A stretch of 63,666 nt of DNA, counting the filler, from Cercozoa sp. M6MM (lineage: Eukaryota; Protista; Endomyxa: Ascetosporea), in the NCBI GenBank assembly GCA_040357565.1. It is 10 parts of 10 records of this genome, joined end to end, with 100 filler letters (N's around TTAATTAATTAA, not from the genome) between each part and the next. Parts side by side here need not be neighbours in the genome. Positions count along the whole stretch, not along the records: positions 30,656 to 43,760 come from JBDODJ010000367.1; positions 43,861 to 48,786 come from JBDODJ010001020.1; positions 48,887 to 54,431 come from JBDODJ010000887.1; 7 more parts are not named here. One strand, 5' to 3'. Under the pieces are notes generated by a model. The model saw only the letters and a program-made list of their open reading frames with translations, ran no database searches and was not told where the DNA came from. Shown one piece after another: positions 41,559-54,428 of this stretch. The position numbers were made by a program, and so were the translations under genes. The first letter of the stretch is position 1, and every line of letters begins with the position of its first letter.

Positions 41559-42070
41559 AAGTGAATAACTTTCTCCCGCGCGGAGCACCAGAACTCAGAC
41601 AGATCTGACTGGCCGGTTGGAGAACATGGAATCGTAACACTTCAGTCGCAGAACAACAAGACTGAGAAACGCTAAGCACAAGCTGACACTTTCAGAGGTG
41701 GTGTGGAGCATCATTGTGCGGCCTTCAGGCCACCGAGTGGGCCTTAGGTCGGTCCCTAGTCCTCAAAATCCTTCAAATCGTGCGCACACCGATCGCCGGC
41801 GCAGATTTCTGAAATCGAAGCACAGCGCCTTTTAGAGCGAAACGAGTGCATGGTGCTCTGAGCGTTAGTGAATCAGGGTGCTTGCGCTCAGTTAGCCGTC
41901 TGAAGGTGCACGGTGCAAGGAGAAAATGCGCAAAACACGGAAATGGTGGAAATGGTGGCACACTCGGCAAACGGCACACCTCAAAAGTGACGGACCAAGT
42001 CACTTGATCACTTTTCGATCAACCAAAAACTTTTGTCTTTTCATGATCAAGAAGTACTGCTACTACAACA

Positions 42071-42914
42071 ATGGTGAGTCACTCTGTGTCTGTTGGCGTG
42101 CCAGCTGCTGGTGTGCAAGCCGTGTGTGCCTAAAACCTTGTTTTACTCTTGTTGTAGTGCAAACTGTTCACGCTTGATGATGTGTGTTGTGCCTGTGTGC
42201 AGAAGCTTTCCCGCAAGACCGTGGCGGAATACATCCGCAAACACCGTCCCCACTTCAACCTGCACTTGCACTTCAGCCGGCCGCGCTTCGGTGCCCGTCG
42301 TGCTGAACGTGTGGCCGCCGCCGAGTCCATCGCTCGTGTGGCCGCCGCCGAGTCCATCGCTCGCGTGGCGGAAGCGCACGCTTGCAGCGCCACGCGTTGC
42401 TACGGCTCGATCGTGGCCGAGCAGGTCGCCGCCGGCGTGCGTCGTCGTCAGCGGCAGCTCGCTGTGCAGCGCCGCCTCGGCTCGCTGGTGGCGCTGCACG
42501 CCGCCTTGGTTGCCGCTCAGCAGGGTGCGTGTGCATTTCTGTTCTGTCCTTAGTCCTTGTGTCCATGACGACACTCTGCACTATGTGTGGTATCACTGCA
42601 CTGCACTGTCCGGTACCGTGTGCAGCAATTTGCGCGCCCTACCACGACCTGGCCCAGGAGTTGCCCTTCTACGTGCCGCCCGAGAAGCGGTACCTGGTTT
42701 CTCTGCCTCTTTGCATCATGAATGTTTGTATAACTCTTTGGCTTTGGCTTTTTGTAAACTTAGACACACGCAAGTGGCACGTGCAACTGACTCGGCCAGC
42801 CAGAGCTCGGCGCGCGCCTGCATGGCCGTCACTCGCGCTCTCAAGGAGCAAGAACTGACTGCCTCGGTGGCCAACGAGCTGCTCCAGGTGCACTTCGACC
42901 TGCTCACTGTCTAG
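42071..42914 (+). CDS. Hypothetical Ala/Arg-rich protein, 4 exons, with ATG-only first coding exon
   Basis: M|KLSRKTVAEY...QQ|AICAPYHDL...EKR|HTQV...DLLTV*; three GT-AG introns keep frame; in-frame 27-bp duplication RVAAAESIA. Confidence 0.65.
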
Positions 42915-43467
42915 CTAGGCTCGAGTCACAAGCGCCTCATCCAAGCGTGACGGCAACTGTCAAGATCTCGGCCGTCACCGACTCTCTGTGTGGCGCACGC
43001 ACGCACTGGCAGGTAGACTGGCCCCCTTTGAACATTGAAGAAGCATCGCCGCGCCACACCTTCCAACGCAAACACTGAACTGAACTCTCACGCCACACTT
43101 CCTGCACTGCCAGTGCATTTGAACTTACTTGCTACTCTGCGATGCAACATCGTCAATTATCAATACTGGGATCACTGACTCAACATAATACTCGTAAGTT
43201 TATCTGGTTGTACGTACTGCGTGCGGCCTGTTGATGCCTATCGCTAAGGCAGGTATGCACTGAGTTGGTTATGATCACCCCTCGACCTGAGGACTCAACG
43301 TATTGACGGAGGACTCAACGTATACCTGTCAGCAAGGAGCACTTTCGAAAGCCACGTGAGTCAGACAGAGTGCGGCCGTCGTTCACACGACAGCCGCAGG
43401 AACGATAAGTTACTGAACGTGCGAGTCAGCTCAGGCGTTGCAACTGATTGATTGATTGATGGTTCTA

Positions 43468-43760
43468 TGTTACCGCAGCCTTTCAGAAATTGAGGCTTTG
43501 GTAGTGCAAAAGAGTACTATGCCAGGAAAAAGACTAAAGAAACAAATGGAATCGATGTGAAGAAGAATTGAGTCAGTAGACGTAGTCAGTTCAGAGGTAG
43601 TTACCCCAAGATAGGGTCGGCAAAGTACAGGAAGTAGACTGGTCGGGAAGGAAGAGAGGCCCGGTAGTCAGAAGAAGGAAGGAAGGAGAAGGAGGGACGT
43701 AAAGGAGAAAAAGAAAGGCTCTCTGTGCTGGTGAGTAGAGAGCCTTTTCAGGAAAGGAGC
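43468..43760 (+). mobile_element. Second LTR copy, truncated by an assembly gap
   Basis: Starts TGTTACCGCAGCC; colinear with 40923 onward but lacks the 62-bp insert. Confidence 0.85.
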
Positions 43761-43860
43761 NNNNNNNNNNNNNNNNNNNNNNNNNNNNNNNNNNNNNNNN
43801 NNNNTTAATTAATTAANNNNNNNNNNNNNNNNNNNNNNNNNNNNNNNNNNNNNNNNNNNN

Positions 43861-46158
43861 GGGGGGGGGGTAAGATACTTTTCGTAGAGTCGCAGTGCGA
43901 CATCTTCCATGATAACGCGACCGTATTCCTGTTGTTGTTGTTGTTGTTGTTGTTGTTGCTGTTGTTGTTGTTGTTGTTGTTGTTGCTGTTGTTGTTGTTG
44001 TTGTGTCTCCGAGCGTTTCTTGGAGGGTTTCTCGGACCGTTTCTCCGAGCGTTCGTTGTCCGAGCGTTCGAGGTCGTCCTGTTCTAGGTCGTCCAGGAAG
44101 GCTGGGTCAGCACTGACACCGCTTCTATGTGCCACGTGTCTATCCTTGTCCAGCAGTAAACCCACCTGTAAGCAGTCAGTCAGTCAGTCAGATATCAGTA
44201 TCAGTCAGTCAGTCAGATATCAGTATCAGTCAATCCCAGTCAGTCAAGGGGTACCACGTGCTCACGCAAGTCAACCGACGTCGCCGACAGCAGTTGCAGT
44301 GTTTTGTAGGCCGTCTTGTTGGCTACACACACTAACCCTTACCAGTCCCGCCTTTACCCTCCCCCCTGTTCCAACAGAACTACCTGCTTCGTGCTGCTCG
44401 TCCAACTTGTCGTGCTGGTACTACATGAACGCAGGGGGTAATGGGGGTTAATTAAGGGGGGTTAATTAAGGCGGTTAATTAAGGGGGGTTCAGGGGAAAA
44501 CGCACGCGTAGTGCGGCCGTGTGCGACACGAACGCACTCTGAAACAACACCTTCCGGCGATCTCTTTCGCTCAAAGCGTTCAACACGGCTTTCTGTTCAA
44601 ACGAGAAGAAACATCAAGACTCCAAAAACTGCAAGTGAAAACAAAAAACAAAACACAACACGCGCCTAACTTTACCACTCCATCCTCAAGCTCGAGTTCG
44701 GGCAGGTTGCCTTCTTTCAGAAAGTGCACCAGTTCCGTCATGTACTACAAGGGAATAGAGGTTGGACAGCTCCCAATCTACGCATGTTTAATCTCGGAGT
44801 GTACGTCTCTTGATGAGTCGAATTTCAGCGTCAAGTCTTTCGACTAAAACACATAGAGTAAGGATAAACGATACAGGGGGGAGGGGGTATAGAGTCAGTT
44901 AACCTCCATGCAACGCTCCAGACAGCAGCGAAGCACAGCAACGTCGGCGCCGACATGGTTCAGCATGATCTGCAGTCCTGCAAACAGGCTGCACACATAC
45001 ACAAACAGAGACAGCTCGATACAAGCCTACTGGGAGGTCGCAGCTTGTCCATCCGCATGACGGTCTCTTCCGGGTACACCAGTGTAGCGTTTCTACAAAC
45101 AGGCACGGTGTATCAGATGACAGTGTGGAACCGAAGCTAAACTCACTTGAACAACAGACGCGAATACTTCAGTCCGCTTTCTGGCGACCTGGTCAATACA
45201 CAGGATGCATTCACGGAGGGGAGGGGTAAACAGGGGTAAACAGGGAAACAGAATGGTAAAGTTGATAGTTACATGAAGTGACCCGCCTGGTGAAGAATGC
45301 AGAAGTCTTGCGCACACTGTACACACACACATACACACACACACCACACACACACGCACACACATACATACACATACACACACACACACGAAATGAAAAG
45401 AGCACAGCTAACAAGAAAAACGGCACCAGTCGATTTAGCATGCGATTCATGGACGTTTTTTCATTCTCGAGTAGCTTCTGTTTGGTTTGCATACATGAAC
45501 AGCCAGTGAGGCAACTCCACATTATCACACTCAGCGTGTTCACACTCAGCGTGATCACACTCAGCGTGATCACACAGGTAGAGTACCTCGACAATGTACG
45601 AGTTCTTGGCAGTCGCTTGGATCAGTCTTGCCAACTGCAGTGGGAAAGAACATTTGCACCTCACCAAACAATGACGGAAAGAGAGCAGACAAGTTCAGGC
45701 GACAAAGTTTCCAAAAACTCGCCGATTCGCGTACATTTTCGATCGAAAGCTTCTGTGTGCTGTTTGACACAGACACACTCATTGTTTACTCTGAAAACTG
45801 CGAATGAGAAGCAGAAAACAAAGCGTACCAGAATAAACGGTGCAGGTTCACCTGGTGCACTCGTCCATGCCTCCAGCAGCTTGCGGCGGATCTGTACAAA
45901 ACAGAACAAACTGCAGAGAGTCAAAAAACAGTAGAGAAGGGACACACCTGACAGAAAAACTCATCTGCTTCGAAATCGTCCGGGTCCGCTTTCCGCTGAA
46001 GCCAGCGCTAAAGTAAAGGAAAAATGAACGACCATAGCAAACACATGTGAGAAAACTACGACATCAAGTCGAAACGGTGAATCCTCAACAAGCCTCTTGC
46101 CTGGGAATCCACTCTTTTTACGTCGCTTCTTCAGATTTTGAGCGAAGCGTTTCTCCAT
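43861..46158 (-). CDS. Hypothetical multi-exon protein with poly-Q tract; 3' partial
   Basis: More than ten small exons that can be joined in frame; last visible VALRLYEKYL; start approximate. Confidence 0.55.
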
Positions 46159-46392
46159 GTCTTCCACGCTTTGTCCGCTCGTCGGATTTAATTTTGTTGG
46201 AAACAAACACTATGCGAACCAATGACACCCAGGAGGTGTCTGGCCTTCGAAAGTGCTCGATCTGGTGTCCACGTTGCGCAACACCCTGCCTACGCTGTTG
46301 TTGCTTTTGGCATTGATTGTAGCCATCTAGATGTTGCTGTTTTCAAGCGTCAGACGAGTAAGCACACGCGTGTACACAAACAGTACACTGCG

Positions 46393-47879
46393 ATGAGCGA
46401 CCTGTGGGGCAAAGTCAGCCAGGATAAGGAGTGAGTTTATGGACAATATTTGTACAGTGATATTCTGTGTGGAAGTACGGATTTTTAACAGGCGCGGCAA
46501 GTATCTTGGCGCAACGGTCCATGCGCGACCAGTTCACCGCGGTGAGCGTGTAGATGATCACTGTACGTTCGACTGCACTGTTTTCTTCATCCTGTGTTTC
46601 GATATTTTGTGTTTGTCGCCTTTCCAGTGTGGTACTCGCGCAAGGAGAAGTCGCACGACACAGTAATGGTACAGTTTTGATGGTCCAGTTTCCACAAAGT
46701 GAAAAGAAAGAACGGGGGTGTCCTTTGAACAGCACGAGAAGAGAGAGCAGCAGAAACTCGAGCAGGAACTCATGATGGAACGACTCGGACTGAAGCCCCG
46801 AGTTGATCGTACTGCCCTGATGCTGCTGCTGTGTGTGTGTGCAGTTGGAATTGTTTGACGTCGATTCGTGTTGTACACATGGCAGGACGTGCCAAGTTGG
46901 GTCTCTCTGCTGCTGATAAGGCCGACTTGTTGAATGTATCACGTGTGCTTCCTGCCCCCATGTGTCAAAAACTACCCGGTCTCACTGAGCACAGGGACAG
47001 CAGTACGAGGACGAAGAGGACGCCGTCGATCAGGCCGAGCGCGAAAGCGGTGCGCCGTGTCCTGTATATTCCAAAACTCTTCTTTATCCGGTTGTTCTTT
47101 AGCCTACGGACTCGGTTTCGGCGATCGTATGACACTGGGCAGTACGTGTGTCCTTCAGCCTTCCCCTTTGACCCTGCGTTGTTTTGTCATTGTACCTTAT
47201 CTTTATCTTGCAGAAAAGTCGACTAAGATCTCGACTGAATCGCTTAAGGATTTCCAGGAACTCGAGCGGCAGGAACAAGAACGCATGGAGTAATTTACCC
47301 CCCATGTCCGGCGTCTGCGTGTACTGTTGTGTGTACTGTCTGTGTACTTTAGACGAGCAAAGCAAGAGCGAAAAGACACGCACGAAGCTGAGAAACCAGT
47401 GACCGAAACTCGTCGTTCCAGGCGGACAGACACGAGGTATTGTGTTCGTTGATTTCATGCAACCTGGGGGATGACCTTGATGTGCGCCCAGTCTGCGCGA
47501 TCGACGCGCTGACGATCATGACGCCGCACTCTTGTTGCAGCTGCTCGAGCAGAAGAAACAGCGCAAGCGCGATCGCAAGGTACTTTTCTTCTCCTTTGAT
47601 ATGTACTGTCACTGTGGTGTTGCTGCGTACTCTTATTACGTTCATGTCCTGTATGATACGCTTATGTACGCAGGATAAAAAGCGACGACGCAAGGAGAAA
47701 CGCGAGCGTAAGGTACCTCGACGCGATACCTCTCATGCATAGAATGGCACTGTTATTGCCCTTTGGTTTAGCAGCGCTCTCGCAGTCGCAGTCGCAGTCG
47801 CAGTCGCAGTCGCAGTCGCAGTCGCAGTCGCGATCGCTCTCGTCGTCGACACCGGCATCGCAGTCGCAGTTCTCGATAA
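46393..47879 (+). CDS. MMTAG2: MMTAG2/C1orf35-like protein with C-terminal RS domain
   Basis: WGKVSQDKE..GKYLGATVHARPV..WYSRK and EQELMMERLGLK fit the MMtag domain; the final exon is a (CGCAGT)n RS repeat ending TAA at 47877-47879. Confidence 0.7.
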
Positions 47880-48009
47880 GTGTCGTATGGCCAGTTTCGT
47901 TTGAACAAGCAACGTAACCTGAGACCACCACAACGGCGACTTATGCTCTTTGACTGTAAGCACATACTGCCAAGTAGCGTGCTTAAGACAACTGAAAAGA
48001 AAACCTAGC

Positions 48010-48099
48010 GCAACGTGCACCACATGAAGTCTTCGGTGTCTGAGGAACGTCAAAAGGGAGTTGCCTACCCGAAGCGGGCAGTAGACACGGCCATGCTCG
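48010..48099 (+). mobile_element. Diverged, interrupted copy of the LINE 3'-end motif
   Basis: CATGAAGTC..TTCGGTGTCTGAGGAACGTCAAAAGGGAGTTG..AAGCGGGCAGTAGACACGGCCATGCTC aligns to ~41385-41477. Confidence 0.75.
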
Positions 48100-48786
48100 A
48101 AGCGACAGAACTAATCAATCACTACGCTAAAGAGAGCACACTCTACAAACTGACACCACACCAATTTCCGCTTGGAGAAGAGCAGCCACAAACCGCGAGA
48201 TCACCGACGCTGAACTGAGCGAAATGCCACAAAGAAGGAGAAAGATTCTCGGAAGGATCATCAAAACAGAGAACAGACCCAGAGAACACGAGACATGGTC
48301 AATACGGAAAATGGATGCTGAACACCACAAGCACAAGTGGCTCCAACTGATACGTGACCTCTCAAACAGAGCGGAGATACAACAAGTGTACGCAACTGAC
48401 GGCAGCCTTGCCGGAAGCGAAGCAGGCTACGGCTGGACATCGGAAAACCATAAATGGAAGACTAAGATCTGGCAATGGAAAATCACCAACGCGACTATCT
48501 ATGATGCAGAAAGAGTTGCCATAATGCAATGCATCAAACACGCTAAAGAAAAAGGAGAAACCCGTATCGCACTCCTGATTGACAACAAAGAACAATCTTG
48601 CACCTGACAACACCTCAAAAAAACAGAGATGGATGAGATTGATGCACAACTGAAGGAATTAACAAAGGACATGCACATTACGGTACACTGGGTACCATCA
48701 CACATCGACATTCACCTCAACGAACTAGCAGACAAAGAAGCAAAGAAAGGAAGGAACAACCACAACAGGAGAAACTGGATCAAAAT
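48100..48786 (+). pseudogene. Decayed non-LTR retrotransposon ORF fragment with RNase H domain (I/R1/ingi-like)
   Basis: YATDGS, DAERVAI, LLIDN and HWVPSHIDIHLNELADKEAK give the DEDD RNase H residues; intronless and A-rich; frameshift near 48600. Confidence 0.85.
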
Positions 48787-49264
48787 NNNNNNNNNNNNNN
48801 NNNNNNNNNNNNNNNNNNNNNNNNNNNNNNTTAATTAATTAANNNNNNNNNNNNNNNNNNNNNNNNNNNNNNNNNNNNNNNNNNNNGAGGGGGGTAAACA
48901 TTTATCTCTTGAAAGTCAGAGCAGAAAAGACAAGTCAAGTACTGTGCATACCACGCACGCGCCAGTTACATTCAACGGTGCCTCCCAGTTCAGCGAGCAT
49001 ACCAACGTGCATTTGAATCACAATGCCTGCCGCAATGGAACAGCTCAAATCGCACTGATGGCGCAGGTACGTCTTGAACGATTTTTCCACGAGACGAACG
49101 ATCTGTCTACACACTCCGTCTACTTTGACGCTTCTTCAAACTGAATTATTTGATTCTTTCGCTTCGTTTAATTGAGTGACGACTAACTTCTTTTATTGAT
49201 TAGTTCTTTTCAGTGACAAACGTCAGCGCAGTCGAGTAACAGCATAGATTAGCACTTCAAGTTA

Positions 49265-49943
49265 CTACGCAGGCGTCGGCGACGGCGCGCGAGGCGACAG
49301 TGGCGAGCTAGAGCCGCCGGGACTGCTTAATCGTGAGACGTCAATGTGCGGCACATCGGCGACGCCAGGCACAGCAACGCTGATGCCAGGCACGCCTACC
49401 TTGGTCTGTGCGGAGTGCTGTTGCTGCTGATGTTGTTGTGGATGTTGGTGTCGTTGATGTTGGTGTTGGTGATGTTGTTGAGCAACATTCGGCGGTGTCG
49501 ATGGCTGCGGGTACAGTAACGGTGCCGCAGTGCTGCTGATAGCAGAGGAGGAGGAAGAGGAAGGCGAGGAGGAGGCCGAGGTGGCAGCAGCAGCGTCAAT
49601 GCCATCGGCGGTGGCCGTCTCGGCGGCACTGGCCGGCACCGAGGACTCCTGACTCGACTTGGCGTCCGTGTCATCCACTGGCGGTGCCTCCACTGTCCCT
49701 ACAGGTAGGCACATGTCGATGGGAGGGGATAGCAGGAGGGATAGCAGAAGAGATGGTAGACTGGTGGTACCCATGGCAGGCAGCGCGGGCACCGGGAACA
49801 TCGCCACCGACTGTAACATACTGGTGACACCGATTCGACCAGCAGTACCGTCATTGTTGGACGAGGTGTTGCCGCTGCCTGTGACGACACCAGACGACAG
49901 CGTAGACACTACCCCACTCATGCCGAACTGAGGCAAGACTGTA

Positions 49944-49984
<41 letters not shown>

Positions 49985-50034
49985 CGTAGTAGTAGTTGTT
50001 GTTGCTGATGATGATGATGTCGATAACGTTGGTT

Positions 50035-50065
<31 letters not shown>

Positions 50066-53000
50066 TTGCTGCTGCTGCTGTTGTGGTGGAGGCGGGTGCG
50101 GCAGCATCATCATCGGCATGCCATGCGGCATACTTCCATGCGGCATACCGCCTGCGTGCTGCATGGCACCGTGCGGCATGCCCATGCCATGCGGCACCAT
50201 CACCATGTGTCCCTGCGGCGTTATCATCGGCATCGACATCGGCACACTGCCCGATGGCATACCCGTCGGCATACTGCCAGATGGCATAGCTGTCGGCATA
50301 CCTGTCGGCATGCTGCCTGATGGCATACCAGTGGGTATCCCACCTGGCATGGCCGGCACGCCGAGACTCGGCATGTGCATCGTCGCCGCACCGCCGGCAC
50401 TTCCGGGCGGCATGCCGACCGACGGCATTCCGGCATGAGGCGGCAGGCAGGGCATGCACTGCGCCATCGGCATGCCACCCGGTGGCATGGCACCTGGCGG
50501 CAGCGGCAGCGTCGTCGGCATGCCGTGCGGCAGCATCATGGCACCGCCGGCCGTGTTGCTACCGCCGGTGCTGCCAGTGTTGCCGCCTGTGGCGCTGCCT
50601 GTGACGTCGCCGGCCACGTGCGACGTGCCCATCAGCGGCAGCGACGGCATGCCCGGCATCATTTGCGGCATCATCATTGGCGCACCCATCCGGTGGCCCG
50701 TGCCGGCACTGTGTCGCTGGCTGCCGTCGCTATCGGCCTCGCTGTACAGTGCGCCGAACACGCGCTGCGCCGTCGCTCGCAGTCGCTTCTCGGCCGCGTG
50801 CTTGTCCAGAGACTGCACACACACACACAAAAAATATATATATATATATAGATACGTACACATGTTATACATACATACATATAGATATGTGCTACCTCGT
50901 CTTCGACCTGCCGGCACGCCTGTCGAAACTGCACGAACTGGTCCGGCTTGGCCAACTCAATCATCGTGCCGATGCCTATTTCACCCACAACATACATATA
51001 AAAATATATATATATATATATATATGTAATAAAATGTACCGTTGTGCTTGCGCTGCAGGTGTCCCAACAGCGCGGTCTTTTTTGGAAACGTTTTCTTGCA
51101 CTCGCTGCACTGGAATGCGCGGATTTTCTGTGCACACAGTATATTCAGATATGTAATATGTGTGAGTATGTAGGTGTATATAGACGACATATACAGTCAG
51201 TATATTAATTTATATATATATATATAAATAAAGGCATGTACTAGGTCGGTGCAGATGATGTGTCGAGGTAGGCCGCGCCACGAGACTTCCTTCGAGCACA
51301 GCGGACAGCTAACTCGCGCCGTCTCGCGATTCGCCGAGCGTTTCTTGCCAACACTAAAAACACAGGAGTGGGGGGGGGGTATCATACACGCTAGAGGTAG
51401 GTTAAACCTTAAGGCAAAAGAGTACGCTGGTGCACGACTCACGGACCGACGACGCTTTCTCTCTTCTGCTGGGGGGGGGGGGGTACATAGGGTACACTGG
51501 GAGGGGGGGTACAGGGTAGAGCTAGCAGGCCTACCATGCGTGTCCATGGCGAGCTGCAGCGTAGCACGCTGGCTCTCATCCGTCGTTGACATAAGCAGTG
51601 CCCGGCGTGCCGATTTTGTCTGTCCCACCAGCCAAATCAAAAATAAGTAAAACACAAATCTAAAATAAACTGAAACAAATCAAAACAACACTAACAAAAT
51701 CACAAACACAATAAAACAAAAGAACATACGGCAACCTCGGCACGAGCGTTCCACTGCTGCACCAAAGTCATGGCCTGCATACACAGATGCACACATACAT
51801 GCACACATGCACAGACACACTCAGACACATGCATGTACACACATGCATACACACTCATTCATTTAGGCCCACCTCGGGATGCTGGCCGCGTCGAAGTAGC
51901 GCGTACAGCTGCTGCCACTCTTGTGTCGACACGTTACACGTGACCTTGCAGCTGCCCTTCTTGGCTGTCTCCTATATACACATATCTATATATCTCTATC
52001 TCTACATTCCTATATATAGGTATAACTACATGGTCACGTGCGCCACTCTCGCGAAACCACGCGTGTCCGCAGCTGCAGTAGTAGCACTTGAGCTTGAAGT
52101 GCCGTGCCTACAAGGGCGGCAAGAGAGGTGGCAAGAGGGGTGGTAAGATGAGGATAAGGGATAGGGAATAAGACGGGATAAAACACGAGGTTACGTAGTG
52201 CTGCGCAAGTTCGCGCACGTACTGTGTCGTGTGCGCCGGCCACTGTCGGTCGCACTGCGGAAAGGGACAGGCCAACGGCGCGGCACCTGCCTGCGCGGCC
52301 ACCTCGGCCGTCTGTACAGAAACATATGTACATCGATACGTGTTGATATCATACATACATAAATGTATAGAATGTAAATAAATATATATACATAAATAAA
52401 TAAATGAATAAATATATATATATATATATATATATAAGCTTAGGGTACCCCAAACAACTTGCATGCCTCGGCACGCAGTCGCACGCCTGCCTGGACGCGG
52501 TCACTGCCGCTGCGTACCTACACGCACAGACACACAAATACACAGACATACAGACATGCAGACAGGTCGATGGACTAGGTGTTACAGCACTGTGTAAGGA
52601 GGTACCTCGGCATCAATGCGTAGCAAAGCCTTGCGGAAGGCTTTCAGCTGACTGATCGCCGGCAGTGGCACTGCCTCGGCGCCCTGCCAAGCACATGAGG
52701 CGTGATAAACTTGCCAGACACACTGGGAGACTGGGAGGGACACGCCTGGGCAAGACAGCGTACCTTGAGACCACCGTGGAAGCGCATGGAGTGATTGCCA
52801 ACCTCACACTTGTGGCGAAAGCGACGCCCACACTCGCCGCACTGGTACATGTCGACACCCTAAAGGGGGCCAACAGGCACATGTGCCAAACATACAAGGA
52901 ACAACAACCACAAAGACACGAGCAGTTCGTACCAAGTCGGTGCAGACGATGTGCTTGGCCATGTTGGACCATCCTACCTCCTTGTTACACAGCAGGCAGT

Positions 53001-53163
53001 TTACTTTTTCGGAAAAGTGACGCTTTTTCGCCCTGCCCAACAGCAACAAACCCTGTTTTGTCAGTTTCGCTGACTGATCGGACCACTCAAACAAGCTCCC
53101 AGCACAAACACGAAGCCAAACAACTTACGGCACAGAGACGGGTGGACCGGGCGGCGTTTCCAT
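49265..53163 (-). CDS. Zinc-finger protein with repeated C2HC+C2H2+helix modules and M/P/G/Q-rich C-terminus
   Basis: YQCGECGRRFRHKCEVGNHSMRFH and FQCSECKKTFPKKTALLGHLQRKH are classical C2H2 fingers; long low-complexity tail; start approximate. Confidence 0.8.
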
Positions 53164-53607
53164 CACTCAGTTCCCACACGAAACGCCGACTGAGTGCTTA
53201 AGGCTGCGGGTGCCCTCAAAACCAAGCACACAAAAAGTCTCTTTGCGGCTTGGGGCCCTGGGGCGAACTTTTGGCGATTTCTGTTGCTCCAACGGACAAC
53301 AAGGCGTAGTCACGACACTCCTGGACTTGTCTCTGCGTAGTTAGAGCGTAGCGCTGACACGTTAAAGGCCCGGGAGCTCGACAGCGCCTCCTTAGTCGAC
53401 TTTCATTTTAAGAATCGGCGCTCCGCTTAGTCAAAGATCTTGACACATGCTACAGCTCCGGTGTGTTGTAATCCCAATGAATAAGTATTGAACTAATCTA
53501 GATGACGTTTAGTTCGTTTTATTTCGAGAAATCGCGCGATTATGTGAAGTGAGGCAAGCGAATGGCGCGCAGACGTGTCGCTGATAGGGCGTAACAGCGT
53601 GTGTAGC

Positions 53608-54378
53608 ATGCAGGCGTGCCAACGGATAGTATCATTGCGCCCTTCAGCTCGTTTTTCTCGTCGTCTGCTTGCCGATCACCGTCGCACCGATCATGACGAG
53701 AACCTCCACGACATCGACCGCAGTGTGCACGTGCAGGCACTAGTGGGCGACACCGTGAGTGAGAGCTATGTGTTGCCAAAGGACACAGCACTTCCGTTGG
53801 AGCGGAGTCACTTGCGAAGGCAGCGAGCGCGTTGGACGCTGCGCTCGACTTTTCAATGGACTCTGGTGCTTTTGCCTACGTGTGTGCTGACACGTCTGAC
53901 TTGGTGTTGACGCGTCTGACTCGCGGGCTTTGGGCAGAATCATTTGTTGCCACGGCGATACCCGCACTCTGTGGCCCCGGAGTACGGACGCTTTGCCTTG
54001 CTGTCCTGCATTGCCTCAGTGGTATCTAGTTTGCGTGCCGTGTGAGTGTATATCTTGTGCACACCAAGGTGTGTTCTTGAGTAGTCATCCTCGGCAGCCG
54101 GTGTGCTGGGCATGCAGGCCATGTTACTTTCGGTGGGTCTGTCGGAGGGTGCCGTGCCTCTCTCTGGCGCACTGGCATGGTACCTTACGGTGCAAGTATG
54201 CCTGCCTTTTGGGAGGGTGAGGGACATGTGTGAGTTTGTGTGTGTCGGCAGGATACTCAAGGACGGTATCGGTCAGTTCGGCAGTGTGCTGCTGGCCTCG
54301 TGTGTGCACACACGCTTCGAGACCGAGGTACCACGCCCAGGCTACTGTCTGTCCAGACCAGTCACTGTGCATATGCTG

Positions 54379-54428
<50 letters not shown>

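Larger units (their letters stand above)
40923..41639 (+). mobile_element. Solo LTR (probably Ty3/Gypsy-type) carrying two nested LINE fragments
   Basis: Termini TGTCAC...GTAACA; 4-bp TSD CTTC at 40919-40922 and 41640-41643; second copy starts at 43468. Strand is nominal. Confidence 0.85.

Noticed and set aside
43290-43324. GAGGACTCAACGTAT direct repeat as a CRISPR-like unit
   Set aside because: Only two copies 5 bp apart in eukaryotic DNA; a simple local duplication
40923-43760. Full LTR element that captured the 42 kb gene
   Set aside because: The first LTR has its own CTTC TSD on both sides (solo LTR), the gene retains introns, and no polypurine tract precedes the second LTR
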